Below are positions 48,431-60,960 of a stretch of DNA of 64,000 bases, piece by piece. The stretch comes from Dicyema japonicum (Eukaryota; Animalia; Dicyemida), in the NCBI GenBank assembly GCA_011109175.1, contig RDEW01000039.1, positions 124,001 to 188,000 on the forward strand, written 5' to 3'. The translations under genes and the position numbers were made by a program. Within the stretch, counting starts at the first letter, position 1. Each line of letters opens with the position of its first letter. The notes below the pieces were generated by a model that made no database searches, had not been told where the DNA came from, and saw only the letters and a list, made by a program, of their open reading frames with translations.

Positions 48431-49241
48431 AAAAGTCGTTTTTTCATTTTATTGGTTTTTTTACTAAAATAAAGGAACACTCAACAGGGGTTATACAGTA
48501 GCTAATGCGTGGCTATTCACTTTTAGGATGGCGATCGAGATTCTCTCAAATTCCATTTAAAGAGTAATAAATTTCCTAAGAAAACTAATTTAAACATATA
48601 ACTGTCAAATAATAAAGCACTATTCTCTTAATGACAATTCTAAATTAATATGGGTCATATAAATCAATTCCTGTCATAGATCAAACTAATCTTAATCTAT
48701 AAACGTGTCACTGTTTCAATAATAGACTAATAATTTCGTGTCAATTTTGATTTCAAAGACAGCAAGCCCATTTGTTAGTCTGATTTATTACACAAATTAA
48801 TTAAGTCTTAGCATTTCTCAAATAATCTAAGCACTTAACAACTCTCAAAGAATTGAAAACGCATTTCCCCTCCTTTCTCTTTTATCCTCTTTGTGATTAG
48901 CAATCCAATGCGGTTCAGCTGGGTCAGTGATCTCCTTCCAACGACTCCAGATATTGCGATGGCTATCAGCTATTTTTACGAATACTATTTTATTCGAAAC
49001 GGAAAAAAGCATTATTAGCCAATCATGCTTCAACCTCCAAGAGACAGTAGGCATTCCCGCAGATCCCTCTATTGGAAACCATCTTTGTTTGAGAGGGTCT
49101 CTGGGTCGTACCGCAATTGTTTTCTGACAAAATATATCTAAGGTTTTTGATAGATTAGTGACACGTGACTTAAAGGTTAAAAATTAAAAATCGTTAAAAT
49201 TTAAAGAAAATATATTGTCAAAATGTTAGAAAGAATCTGGT

Positions 49242-49650
49242 TCACTTTTTATAGCCATTTTCTTGTAAAGTGGAATTCTGATCGGATTTAAAGTCCCCGA
49301 CCAAGTTGGGATCATTCGTGGATAGAAATTGAATCCATGATTGATACAGCAACCATTGGGAAATTAGGAAACTTGGATCATTTACCCCATTGTGGGGATT
49401 ATAAAATATCGGAAAATTGTTGGAGATTGGAATTTCTTTCATTTTTTCAGAATGTGGTGACTCTTGGTTAGAATTGTTAATTAAATTGACAATCTCAAAA
49501 TTGCGAGACATTTTTTCTCCCGGAGAGGCGTCATTTGACAAATTTCTGGAAATTGCATTTTTCCAGTGTTTCTCAAAATTCAAACATTTTCGTCGTTTCG
49601 CCCTTTTTCTCTGGAAAACGTCATTTCCAATTTCCTCACAAGTCTGATTT
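49242..49650 (-). CDS. Hypothetical protein
   Basis: Open frame of at least 113 aa, not TE-like. May continue to about 48845. Confidence 0.3.
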
Positions 49651-50524
49651 AGTATTTCAAGGGGACTTAGTTTTTTCTTAGTCTAAAATAATTATGTCAA
49701 ATTAATGCTGCGGCATGAAGAATGCGGTGTGCTTTGAAAATATAATTAGGAAGCCAATTTAGATCTGAAACACGATTACAAAGACAATAAATAACTAATA
49801 GGCTACAAATTAGGTTTTAGTTATCATGCTTTATATCCCCCAGATTTGAGTTATTTACCAGCTTTTAGTGTAAATTTTTAATGCCAGCCGAAAACTTACA
49901 TCGTTATTCATCAGCGTTCAGAATTTGTGCGTTGGGTTAATTTATAGTCGACAAATTGACGCGGCTGTTAATAATTCTTCGCAATCAATTATTAGAAAAG
50001 GATGTTTATGTTGGTAAATCAATTATTAAACTTTAATGTGCTTGTGCTCTTTGTGTGACATCTGTTTCTAAATTTCACTGAGAATGACATTTTTAATCAA
50101 TATGAGTAGTCAAAAATTATGATTAATAGTACTGACAAAATGAAACTTTATAGTACATTTGGATTAATTTGGAGTATTAGTCGATTCCCTTAGAAAGTCA
50201 TCTATTAATATAGAGATCCATTTTCTGCAACAGAAGGACATTTTTGGGTAGAGATGTGAGAACTAAGAAGGCTTCTTGATGGACCTTGTTTCCAAAAAAC
50301 GGTGAGCATATTTTGGAATGAGGAGGTTTTAGTTGTCGAAAGGAATTAAATCTTGACTGTCTTCTATGCAAATTAAGTGAAACTTTAAATTGACGAGAAC
50401 CTAACGGATAATTATTTAGCAGGGCTTGATTCCTAGTGGATTTCAATTTATGGGGGAAATAAGACTTGAGGTGCGAATAAAAAAGGCCCTTAACAGAGGT
50501 CCACTAATCATCATGGGATTCATT

Positions 50525-50780
50525 CAACGTTGAACGTCCTTAAGTCCTACAGTTAACCCAACAGCTTCGTTAACCCGTAGAAAGCTAGTGATCATAAAGA
50601 AGAGCGCCGCCAAGATAGGTCACTAACAGAGATCGTCCACTTTCCTGTAGAAAGCCGGTGACCATTAAGAAGTCGCTCCCATAGATCACAGCTTCACTAA
50701 CACGCAGGAAGCTGGTGACCATAAAGAAAAACGCCGCCAAGATTGGTCACTCACAGAGATCGTCCACTTTCACGTCGAGG
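50525..50780. repeat. 127-bp tandem repeat made of alternating units of about 70 and 57 bp
   Basis: aagct(a/g)gtga(t/c)cataaagaa..cgccgccaagat occurs at 50582 and 50709, with a related subunit at 50652. Confidence 0.8.
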
Positions 50781-52169
50781 GTCCGGTAAAAGCAAAGAGC
50801 TCCCGAACTTCTCATCCACCGGAATACTCTAATTGATGAACAATAAAATACAAATGGATTTTGATGTTGATGTAAATATCTAACATTAATCAAATTTATG
50901 ACGGACTAAAATCAATTAAATGGAATGTCATGATATGGACATAACATATTCAAACGTTTAATTATAAATGAAAGCACACCCCGGGTGGTAAAAATTTATT
51001 TCATTTCTCGATTAAACTTTATTTATTAAATTTTCAAGTTTTTGACATTTTTATGGATCATTTGCTCTTTACAAAATTACTACTCGGGGGACATTGTAAA
51101 CTTGAACTTGTGAATTAAGAAACCGTCGGACACTCAAAGTACCCAAATCTCGCCAATACCAAAAAACTTAATATTTGCCTGACTATCAGTCGGAAGCTAC
51201 CACATAATAGTACTTTGACGAAAGCCACAATACATGTGCAGCAAAAGACACGACTTTAGATGACAATCTCATCCACGCTCAATGATTGTTAGCTAGCGAT
51301 CTCAATAAACTAGGTCATCTGCGAATTTCAAATCTTTTATCATAAGCATAATAGTATGACTCGATTTATTGCTACATAAGGTCTTTATGTGGGGCATCTG
51401 CTCGTGGAAAAAGCTTCTTACATTAGCAGGGACACACCCAACCTCTCTCTTTTATCAAGAACTACTAATAGTTTGCTTGGTAGTGGCTACGGGATGAGCG
51501 CCAAGTTGCCATTCCCTGATTTATTAAAATTCCACGGAGACGAATTATTCATTTAACAACCCAAGACCACGGTAAAACCAAATTAATTATCACGTGATAG
51601 CGATGCATTCTAACAGCGACCTCATCTTTGCCCGGTGTTCTTCCCTCGTGCCCGCGCACGAACGTATGCCGGCTGATGAATATTCAGTCCACATTCCCGT
51701 GATCTGGAGTCTAATCTCATAAGGGCCTCCAGAGGCGTAGGTCCGGTTCGGTGATCTTCACAAATTCGACGCTCCGTTACTCTGTAAGCCCTCTTTTACA
51801 TTTCTTCAAATTTGTCCAAGATATGGACGATCCCTGAGAGGCGCATGCATATGAGACACATGGCTCTGTATTGTTTGTACACGTTCATCAGGACCGGTGA
51901 GTACACGGAGATGAATGAAGACTGAAATAAAGATTAGCTTTTATTCAGACAATTAAAAATTCCTAAAAAAGGAAAAATTAGTTCCAAAAACTGGGACGAC
52001 ATAATTCAAAATAAAGACACTAGAGTTAGAATACAAAGCTAAAAAATATGGATCATCAGCGGACAGTTTTAAAAGGATATCATCTGTATCCACAAATACT
52101 CTCAATAGAATGACCCCACTCTAGTGAGAGATGAGGAACAGACTAAACAAACAAGAATCTTCAAATATT

Positions 52170-52493
52170 TATTATTTATTTATTAACCCCGGATACACCG
52201 AGAAAGAAGTTAAAGTAAACAACTAATAAGTGTATCCAGTTTCCACTTCTACAGAAACAGAGTCCATCCGGAATCAACATAAAAGGTAAGACGTCCGTTA
52301 CATGCAGTTGTGGAAACCCCTCCAGTGGAGTGGGAAAGAGCAAATGATCCTTTTTCGTGCCGGCCTGGCACTGGGCGCCACCTAGACAGGTAGATCACAT
52401 GACGCCACTCTAATAGGAAGAGAGAGGAGGAACAGACAAGCAAGCAGAAAAGTTCAACCAATTAACCACGCAGCACCACATGGCGCCACGCGG
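52170..52493 (-). mobile_element. SINE family 2, full-length reference copy
   Basis: 5' ccgcgtggcgccatgt, core gtggcgcccagtgcc..aaaggatcatttgctc, tail ttctcggtgtatccggggttaataaataaataa. Confidence 0.7.
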
Positions 52494-52799
52494 TTTAAAG
52501 AAACCAGGAATCTTCAATCAAGTGAGGCATCACAAGGCCTTCAATTTCTTTATTAAGAAATATTCGAAGTAAATAGTTTAGTTGAAACTTTTCAACTAAA
52601 AATATTTTTTTAATTTAAATAAATTCAAATGAGATCCAGTTTGGTGTCTTGTGTAGTTATTATTGTAATTTTCAGAATAGGAAAAACATGCACATTTTAT
52701 ACCCAAAAAGCAAAAAAATAAATTCCCTCTCAAATACTGACCACGATGATATATTTTACGACAGGTAGAAAGTGTCAAAGTAAATTTCAAGCTCTAAAA

Positions 52800-53403
52800 G
52801 ACCAAAGCAAAGTTTAGGCAAAATCTTGGAGCACAAAAGTTTTGTGGGAGCGCGTTATCCCTGTCTAGTGACAAATGATGCAAAGAGACAGCTGCTACTG
52901 CTAAAATCGAGGTAATCTTAATTTAAATTGTTAGTAATTGTGAAGAATGGTCCAATGAGGCACTAGAAAGATGCTTTCCAATTTTATCTGAAGAGATTTA
53001 TTTTTTAAGGCCGTCGATTTCCTCGAAGACCCTGTCTTTGAAGACTTTGAATCGGTTTTTTGATCAGGACAAGAAAGTGGCAAAAAGATTAATACAGATT
53101 TTGTCCTCAGATTCAGATTTTTCAACTTTATCTTCATTTTTGAATGAAAAGTTGATTTTGATGCGAAAAAAACTGCGTCTTGGTCTTCTACGTTATTTTG
53201 ATGGAAATGATAGTCTCCCATTTTTTGAGGAAGCTAAAAATTATTCAGAATCTGAAGAACCTCGTTCTCCACCAGTTGAAGGAGCTTTATTACAAATTTG
53301 GAGAAGTTATGAAGTTGAGGTTGCCAAGGAAAGTTCAGTTAAAATTGATTTCGAAAATTTAAAGCGACAACTTTCTGTTAAATTTCCCTCCAATGATTTA
53401 TAA
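52800..53403 (+). CDS. Hypothetical multi-exon protein
   Basis: ORF 53038..53403 extends upstream through intron gtaatcttaatttaaattgttag to KILEHKSFVGARYPCL. The start is unresolved. Confidence 0.4.
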
Positions 53404-53499
53404 TTTTAAGAGGTTTTAATTATTTTAAGTATTATTTTTTATTAAATGATGCTTTTTTATTTCTGGTCATTTATAGTAATTAAACAAATTATTTTATTT

Positions 53500-54430
53500 C
53501 TGGTCATTCAAGCTAACTTCATCAATGGAAGATGGGCCCGGGCATACACGGATGGGAGCAAATCAGTTTCAAGATTAATACCCAGTGGTGCCCCACAAGG
53601 TTCCTCTTTATCACCCGCCTTATTTAACTTATATATATCATTTACCACAACCCGATAATAAAGACGATTTCCTCCTATCATATGTTGATGACCTATTAGT
53701 CGGATCCCGGGATCAAGATCTCCTAATGGCATCAGAAAGACTAGAAAAATACCTTCACAAAATTCAAATCGTCCTTATTGACCTCAGACAAACGACTTGG
53801 ACAAATGACCGTGATTTATCAACCAAACAAAAATTCCTTTCACAAAGAAACTAAAAATCTTGGGGATCATCTTCGACACACACACATGTCCTTTTCATCT
53901 CATGTCGACGGCATCTCTGGAAGCTGCTCAAGAAAGCTAGGGATAATCAAATTTATTTTCGGTGACATTAAAACCCCTTCCCAGCTTTGAAATTGTTGTA
54001 CAAACAATTCATTGAGCCATCTATCAGCTATGCATGTGCGATCTGTTCTGGACGAACAAACAAAGAATCTGCGAAATTCAGTCCTTAACAGCCTCTACTA
54101 TTAGTAACTTCGGAAAACTAGAAAAACTAATCCTTTCATCACTTGAAGATATTAGCCAACAAAATGGAAAGGGATTTGCTTTCCTGTGCAGGCAGTGCAA
54201 CTCCCAACAGTACACAATCAGGACCCAATTTCTATTCCCCTAATCATCCCGCCCACAGAGAAGTTGGGTTGGATCCCAGAAGGCGCACAAGGAGAGGATG
54301 AGAAATCTGATTGAGGTCTTCGAGATTACTTAATTAATTTAGTAATTAAATTAACTATTATTGTTCTTGGATTAATAATTTAATTTCTCGGTGTGGGTTA
54401 AATAAAAAAATAAATTTCTCGGTGTATCAT
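53500..54430 (+). mobile_element. 5'-truncated Jockey/I-like LINE (RT to 3' tail)
   Basis: SGAPQGSSLSPALFNLY, SYVDDL, KILGIIFD. Ends in tttctcggtgtgggttaaataaaaa. Confidence 0.85.
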
Positions 54431-54434
54431 GGAT

Positions 54435-54600
54435 TAGCACAAAGAAAACACTAGCATCTGCTGACCTGGACACCCTGAGGGATCTGGCTAAGAACAGAAA
54501 AGCCTGGAATAAGCTAACTCTTTCTCTTGTCTTTTTTAATGCACACGTGGGGCTATAAATATTATGGCTCTCGTGAAAGTGCTATTAATAATAATAATCA
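54435..54600 (+). mobile_element. RTE-like LINE extreme 3' end
   Basis: KTLASADLDTLRDLAKNRKAWNKL, tail ggctctcgtgaaagtgctattaataataat. Confidence 0.8.
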
Positions 54601-54850
54601 TGGGTTAGCCGGGATTGGCAGTGTCATAAGTGCCGGAGAGAATCCTGATCGTTACGGGTTAGCATCTCTCTACTGTACATTTTGGTTGAAGACTCCACTC
54701 ATCTACTATGCTTTGGATTGACGAGTGGTTTCGTCATCAGTGAATGCGGAACCAGATTGAATAGCATTTCTGGTTAACTTTCTACGATTGTTGTCATAAC
54801 TGTTCTTTACTTGAATAAAGTATTTGTCCTGCCTGAGAGGAGCTATGTGT
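54601..54850 (+). mobile_element. SINE family 1, diverged copy
   Basis: catctactatgc..gacgagtggtttcgtcatcagtgaa..tgcggaacc, aataaagtatttgtcctgcct. Confidence 0.7.
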
Positions 54851-54869
54851 GTCTTTCTACCAGTAATAC

Positions 54870-54935
54870 CGATGCAGGTAGCCTAACGGTTAAGGTGTCA
54901 TATCTGAACACTGGTCTTGGGTCTGAATCCCTCTA
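54870..54935 (+). other. tRNA-like Pol III promoter remnant (SINE head)
   Basis: A-box-like tagcctaacggttaagg and B-box-like ggtctgaatccc. No intact cloverleaf. Confidence 0.45.
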
Positions 54936-54965
54936 TTGGCTATTTAAATTGTGCAATTAAAGCGG

Positions 54966-57321
54966 ACTAGATGAAATCAACAATGATTTCCGCCTGATTC
55001 TGCACCCTTCGAATTGCCCACACACGGCATGGGATTTGCATAGAAAAAAGAACTGAACAATCGAATCCACAAGACGTGGAGGGTGAGCGATAGAATGTGT
55101 GTTTTACAATTAAAATACGGTGAAAGGAACAATTCCATAATCTCCATTATTAATGTATATGCACCAACTTCGATGAGAGTATCAATCAATGGAGACGAAC
55201 TAGACGACTTCTATTCCTCCCTGTCGCAACTATATGCATCTTTGGAAACATCGTTCATGACATACATCGCCGGAGATTGGAACGCAAAGACAGGACGTGG
55301 GAGTAGTCACGAAGAATTCATGGGAAGCCATGGAAGGGGATCAGGAACCATTTAGGAGAATCGCTTATCAAATTTTGCAATACATTCAAACTATTTCTAT
55401 CTAATACTGCTTTCAGGCACTCAGCAAGACATAAGACGACATGGAGCTGCTACCGAAAGGACAAATCTGGGACTATCAAGCCTATATATAACCAAATATA
55501 TTACATTATCTGCAAACAAGCCTACAAGGCACTGCTAACAGATTCTCGGAGCTACAGTGGGACACTAGTAGATAGTGATCACAGATTGGTTGTGGCACGT
55601 TTCCTTTTCAAACGATATTTTGGGGTTTCCAAAGCGGCTGGCATGAGGATATCTGAGGGGAGGTTCGCAGTAGAGCAACTCTGCATGGTGGGACCGACTC
55701 GGGAAAGCTATCAAAATACATTGAGAGAAAAGATCAGACAGTGGAATAAAGAAAAAATGCCTGGGAGCTGTGGTAAGACACCATCGATGCAATAATGTGC
55801 GCGGCCCATTTAACAGTTGAAGTAAAACCGAAGCATTTCAACGGGCACTATGACCACGAGCTTGAAGAATTATCTAAATTGCAGAGGAACCTACGTTTAC
55901 AGGTCGAAACCTGTCAGGACCAGGCAAAGGAACACACTCTAAGAGTCATGCGGAACCAAACCCTGTATAAAATAAAGAAAAGAACGAGGAAATAAAGGAA
56001 AATAAACTTGCTGGAATGGCTAAAGAAGTAGAAAGACTCAAAAACGGAGCGCAGATGTTCAAGGCTGTTCACCTACTACATAGAGACACGCAGTCTTCAA
56101 AAATCACAATACATGACCAGTTTGGAAAGACTATGTTTAACAAAAATGAAATTCTATCGGCCATATCCAGCCATTATCAGCAGACATCAAAAGTACAAGG
56201 GGGCTATTGGCATCCTTTGGCATGGATATGTCCAAAGCCTTTGACTCTATACACAGAGGGAGACTTTTGGATATCTTGGAGAAGTTGGTTGACGAGGACA
56301 GTGTCAGAATGATCCGCCTATTACTTGGAACAACGCAGCTAAATGTACGTTTTGGAAATTTGGAGTCTGTCCTATTTGAGACAACGTTTGGGGTACCGCA
56401 GGAGATTTACTTTTTGTGACATATCTGGAGGCGGCATCAGTGACTTTAGACTATTAACTGGCGACTTACCTCAAACTGAAGTGATTTATGCAGATGATAT
56501 CGACTATATATCCAGCGACGAGAAAACATTAAACTATATACGGACAAGGATGCCACATGTCCTAGAAAAATGGTTCATCAAAATCAATACGGAAAAGACG
56601 GAGACAACTACCATACGCCGTGAACTAACCCGAACTGATGAAAAATGGAGATACTGTAAAAAATTGGGGTCGTTGCTCGGAGACGCTGAGGATATCACTA
56701 ACAGGAAGATGTTGGCCGTCGCGGCCTTTAGAAAAATGGGAGTAGTCTGGAATCATCGTAAACAAATTAGCACACAATTACGTGTGAGACTATACAATGC
56801 CTTCGTGAAACCAGTCCTAATGTACAACGCTGCAACCTGGGGTGTCTCAGAAGCGGTAATGGACAAACTAGATGCCTTCCATCGTAACAACTCCGACTGT
56901 TGCTTGGCATCAACTGGCCAAAAAAATTACAAACAAGAATCTATACAAAGTATGTAATACAAGACCATTGAGTCTGGATATCCTGGAATCAAGATGGCGT
57001 CTGTTTGGTCACATCCTTCGAATGAGCCAGATGACGCCTGCTAAAATAGTAATAGAGAACTATTTCTGCCCAGAAGTGAATACCTCGTTCCGTGGAAGAC
57101 CTCGCATAACTTTGCCAGAGGTTCTACACAAGGACCTGACCAATGTAGGACAAAAGCTGAAAACAGGAGATGATCTGGATACGCCTGTAACCGCGGAGCA
57201 TGGAGAAAGTTAGTCAAGAGAATTGTGGAAGAAAGAATAACCTGAAGAAAAATACGGCACAAGCGGAACCTTAATTAAATAAATTACATTTTTGGTTCTT
57301 CGAAAGTGCTATTAATAATAA
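54966..57321 (+). mobile_element. RTE-like LINE: APE endonuclease plus RT, 5'-truncated, internal deletion, 8-bp TSD
   Basis: IINVYAPT, IAGDWNAK, DHRL, MDMSKAFDS, GVPQ, IYADDI, INTEKT, KLGSLL, FRGRPR, (taa)n tail. taaagcgg occurs at 54958-54965 and 57322-57329. RT domains 0-2 are missing near 56190. Confidence 0.92.
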
Positions 57322-57329
57322 TAAAGCGG

Positions 57330-57580
57330 CTTCATATGATCTACTCATCTCAGGTGACGCCCAGTGGCAAAATGGTACGAAAAAGAATTATTTGCTCTCC
57401 ACCACTTAATTGAGGCTTTATCACAATTGCAGGGACTAACTGGACGTTGTCTTTTTTTTCGTCGGTTCTGTATGGACTTGGTGGCATTGGAAGAACGCTA
57501 CAACTGTGTGAACTGGATACAATTAATTAGTTGTTTACCATTAATTTCTTCCTCGGTGTATCGGGGGTTAATAAATTAAA
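57330..57580 (+). mobile_element. SINE family 2 body and tail, split from its 5' part by the RTE insertion
   Basis: ggtgacgcccagtggc..gaaaaagaattatttgctctcc, tail ttcctcggtgtatcggggttaataaa. Confidence 0.65.
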
Positions 57581-59109
57581 TACCAGCTTAGAGCACTTGG
57601 AAATAATACACAATCGATGTTTTAAAATCTTATCGCGACTCTTGAAAGACTTAGCTGCCATAACCTGACGAAACGCCAGCAAGACTTTTTCAAAATTCCA
57701 AAGTCTCCAGAGCATCCTTTTGTGTCTGAAGTCAGATTATATCTGAAAGCCTTGCAAAGCTAAAAGAAGAAACCTTTTCATTTATGGTGTTCATGGGTAC
57801 TAAGAAAATTGTGTTCAGAGTGACTGGGCAATAAACTTCTGAAAGGAAATGCTTTTCTTCAATTCCTTTGGAATCCCTGCTTTTAAGAGGCGTGGAATGC
57901 GCCCATGTTTATTTATTTCAAGGTCAACAATAGGACTAAGCTAAGTGTAGACACCAAAATCATTTAATTAGACGATAGCACTTATCGACATATGGGAGGG
58001 TCCACTTTTGGTTATTACTTTTTTGTTAGCCTTGAATGGACTGAATGCAAATAAATAACTAAATAAAATGAAAAAAATCGAAAAAACCACGGCAACATCA
58101 AACTAACTAATCACGTGATCCCAGCACGCTCTAATAGAGAGTTCAACTTGGCCCGATGCTCCTCCCTCAAGCCCACACAAGCCCGTATCGGCCGTATAAC
58201 TTGATCTTTGTAGTCGCAACGGCACTTTCCTCGGTTCTACGTATTAAGAATTCCAGAGGAATTGGAGACGAACTTTCCAGAAATCTGTTGTTCCGTAATT
58301 TTATAAGCCCCCTTTTGGCTAACTTGATCTTCAAGGACTAATTTTGATTCGGTAGCAAAAAATGGATTTCTGTTTTATTTTGGAGAAAATATTTTTTAAC
58401 TGTCTCTTTTTGAAAACCAGTCTTATTCGGTCCCTAAATTTTACCTCATTAGGATCACTAACAGTCAGACAAGTGGTTAATTGGAGGACTGAAATTGTGA
58501 TGTAAGAGATCCAGGCGCCTTTCTTGTGCGAATAAACTAAATCAGGGGTTCTCAACCTTTTTTTACTCGTCGACCCCTTGACTTTTTTTTCGACCCCCTA
58601 ATATTTAATCGACCCCTTAAAACTTTTTTATTTAGAACAGACAATTCTAAGTAAAATTAGTTAACTATCTAAAATGAATTCATTGTTAATGATCAAATCA
58701 AACAAAAAAAGTACTCGATGTTAAGTTGGTATCTTAGCATAAATCTATAATAAAAAAAAGAATTAAATACCATTGGGATCCCTGTGACTGATGTTTTTTG
58801 ACCAAAGATTCGATATCTGGCTCTCTGTGTTATTTTTAACCGGATATCTCCTTTAGTGGACACATCCAATCTGTTTCGTTCTTTATTTACAATTCGATGT
58901 AGAATGCTAAATCCGCATTCAACACAGTATGATGTCGGAAAATAGAGTAGCAATTGTGCTATTTCTGTCCACAATTTTAGATAACTCTCTTTTAAAAAAT
59001 AACGGGTGATTGTGAATCATTATAATATAGTTTTAATTCTGGATGAATTTTAACATAATTAATTCCTCTTTAATATTTTTCTTTTTTTTTTCTTTTTTTT
59101 TAATCAAGA

Positions 59110-59330
59110 CATATTTATTTATAACAATAAATCGTTCTAAAGTCCAGCGGATATGATCGAGTGGCTGTTACCTCTGACTACTGCTAGGGATTATCCTTTG
59201 GAAAAGCCACTCGTTTCCCGACGCTCCCTCGAGGCTTTGGTCAATAGACACCCAAGTGCTCTAAGGAAAGAGACCGTCTTGGGGCCAAAGACTCCGCTCG
59301 TCTCGACGACCACTGGCTGTACATATTTTT
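59110..59330 (-). mobile_element. CRE-clade 3' end nested in the hAT
   Basis: QPVVVETSGVFGPKTVSFL..RET..LAVVRGNS. Confidence 0.8.
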
Positions 59331-59741
59331 CTTATATACAAATTTTCATATGAAAACCAAATTTTTATATGGAATCTTCTTGTCATTCAAAATAATTTGA
59401 CTACGGAAAAAATAGAAAATCCAGTCGTATCAGTTGCCAAATATTTGACGAATTATAAATCTTCTGTAAAAAGAGCATGATCGTCAAAATATCTTAAAGG
59501 GTAAGCTTCTAATAAAATTAACATGACACATCCTATTAGACTTGATTGGTCGTCACATATATGACTTTCGACAATTTGAAGGGAAAAAATAGTATTTTTA
59601 AGCCTTTCACATGAAATATGTTCAACATTATCTGACATTTCGTGGATTCTTAATATTTCGTCGGAATTTAGACCCATCAGATCTGATGGAATCACTGATA
59701 TAGATGGTTTGATGAGATATTCACCAGAAACATGGGAACTC

Positions 59742-60500
59742 TCATTTTTGGCAATAATCATTGGTACGGATAACACTATCTACCTTAATTTGGACCCTGG
59801 TGTTCTCTACTACAGATTGCACCTTATGAGTCCGCAAATTTCTGGTGTGGCGAATACCATACTTATTGCATAGTAGAAGATGAAGACTCCTTACTACCTC
59901 GTTATGCCTCCACACATAGTCGTGGCAGAGCATGGATCCACATCGAGTGGCTAAATGATCAACCGACATTCTCCTTGACTTACAGTGGGACATGTATTTG
60001 TTGATCGACCCCAAAAAATATTGCGGTCTTGCGTATACGTGTACAGCGCCTCCAATTGAGGTGAGTTATCACCGTATTTAGCCATATTGTCGACGACTTA
60101 AGGTCGACATGTGGGTTGTCCAATGCTCTGAAGAGGACTTATGAAGACTTTTTAAGTTGATCTTTTCCATCAAATTATTATATTGTAATTCGATCAACGC
60201 CTTCAAATTTACTAGCCCACCATCATCAACACCATACTTAGCAGACTAAAAAGGTCTGATAGTGCCTAAGTGGGTTGCCCGTGTTTTCTCGGTCGTTATT
60301 ATGGCGTGCTTCCTAGCAGACACACTTGACCCAGCTATCAGGGTGTCGTGCATTCGCATTAGGATACACTCACTCAGTTGGACTACTACACAGTCCACGG
60401 CCGAATTTATCACGGGGTACATATAGTCTCTCCTTATTGGCTGCCAGCACATGGACATGGTTCTCTTTGGGTACTCCACGGATCATGACATCCATCTCAT
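59742..60500 (-). mobile_element. R4-like non-LTR retrotransposon fragment nested in the hAT
   Basis: ANKERLYVPRDKFGRGL, EALYTYTQDRNIF, HCKSRRMSVDHLATRCGSMLCHDYVWRHNEVVRSLHLLLCNKYG. Confidence 0.75.
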
Positions 60501-60639
60501 CATAATCCACAACACAAAAAATTAAAAATATTAAATTTATTTTCGACCCCCAAGTATTTCAATTTCGACACCGTTACGATCGATCTGGAATGATTTTAGA
60601 CCCCTGGGGGTCGAATCGACCCCAGGTTGAGAACGCTGG

Positions 60640-60960
60640 GCTTGATGACACTAGCAAATTTTCGAAAGAATTCCCGCATACAGCATCGCCTAGGGCCCGG
60701 TGAGAGAGCGGAAGGCAGGGAAAGCTGATAAGTACGGCTCCAGGCCTCACGAGCATGGCCGGCGTCCTGGTCAATAGAGAATTCAGGGAGGGAGTGTAGA
60801 ATCCTCTTGACAAGGGTGTTACAGGCCATTAGCGACGAGAGATATGCAGGGAGAGAAAGGTCTACTGGTTGCAACTTCCAAGCCCCTCGAGTCTGACTGG
60901 CAGCGTGGCTTGCTTTCATGAGTAATCCTCGAACCGGAGGTTGAAGATACGCTCCGCTGT
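60640..60960 (-). mobile_element. CRE-clade post-RT fragment
   Basis: DLSLPAYLSSL..LVKRIL, homologous to ORF 25479..25823. Confidence 0.7.

Larger units (their letters stand above)
58543..60638 (-). mobile_element. hAT DNA transposon relic, Buster/ZBED5-type transposase, both TIRs present
   Basis: TIR caggggttctcaacc (58543) and ggttgagaacgctg (60625-60638), subterminal CGACCC repeats at both ends. Transposase pieces IAKNESSHVSGEYLIKP..RIHEMS..FSLQIVES and FPTSYCVECGFS..RNRLDV..GDIRL. No 8-bp TSD found. Confidence 0.8.
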
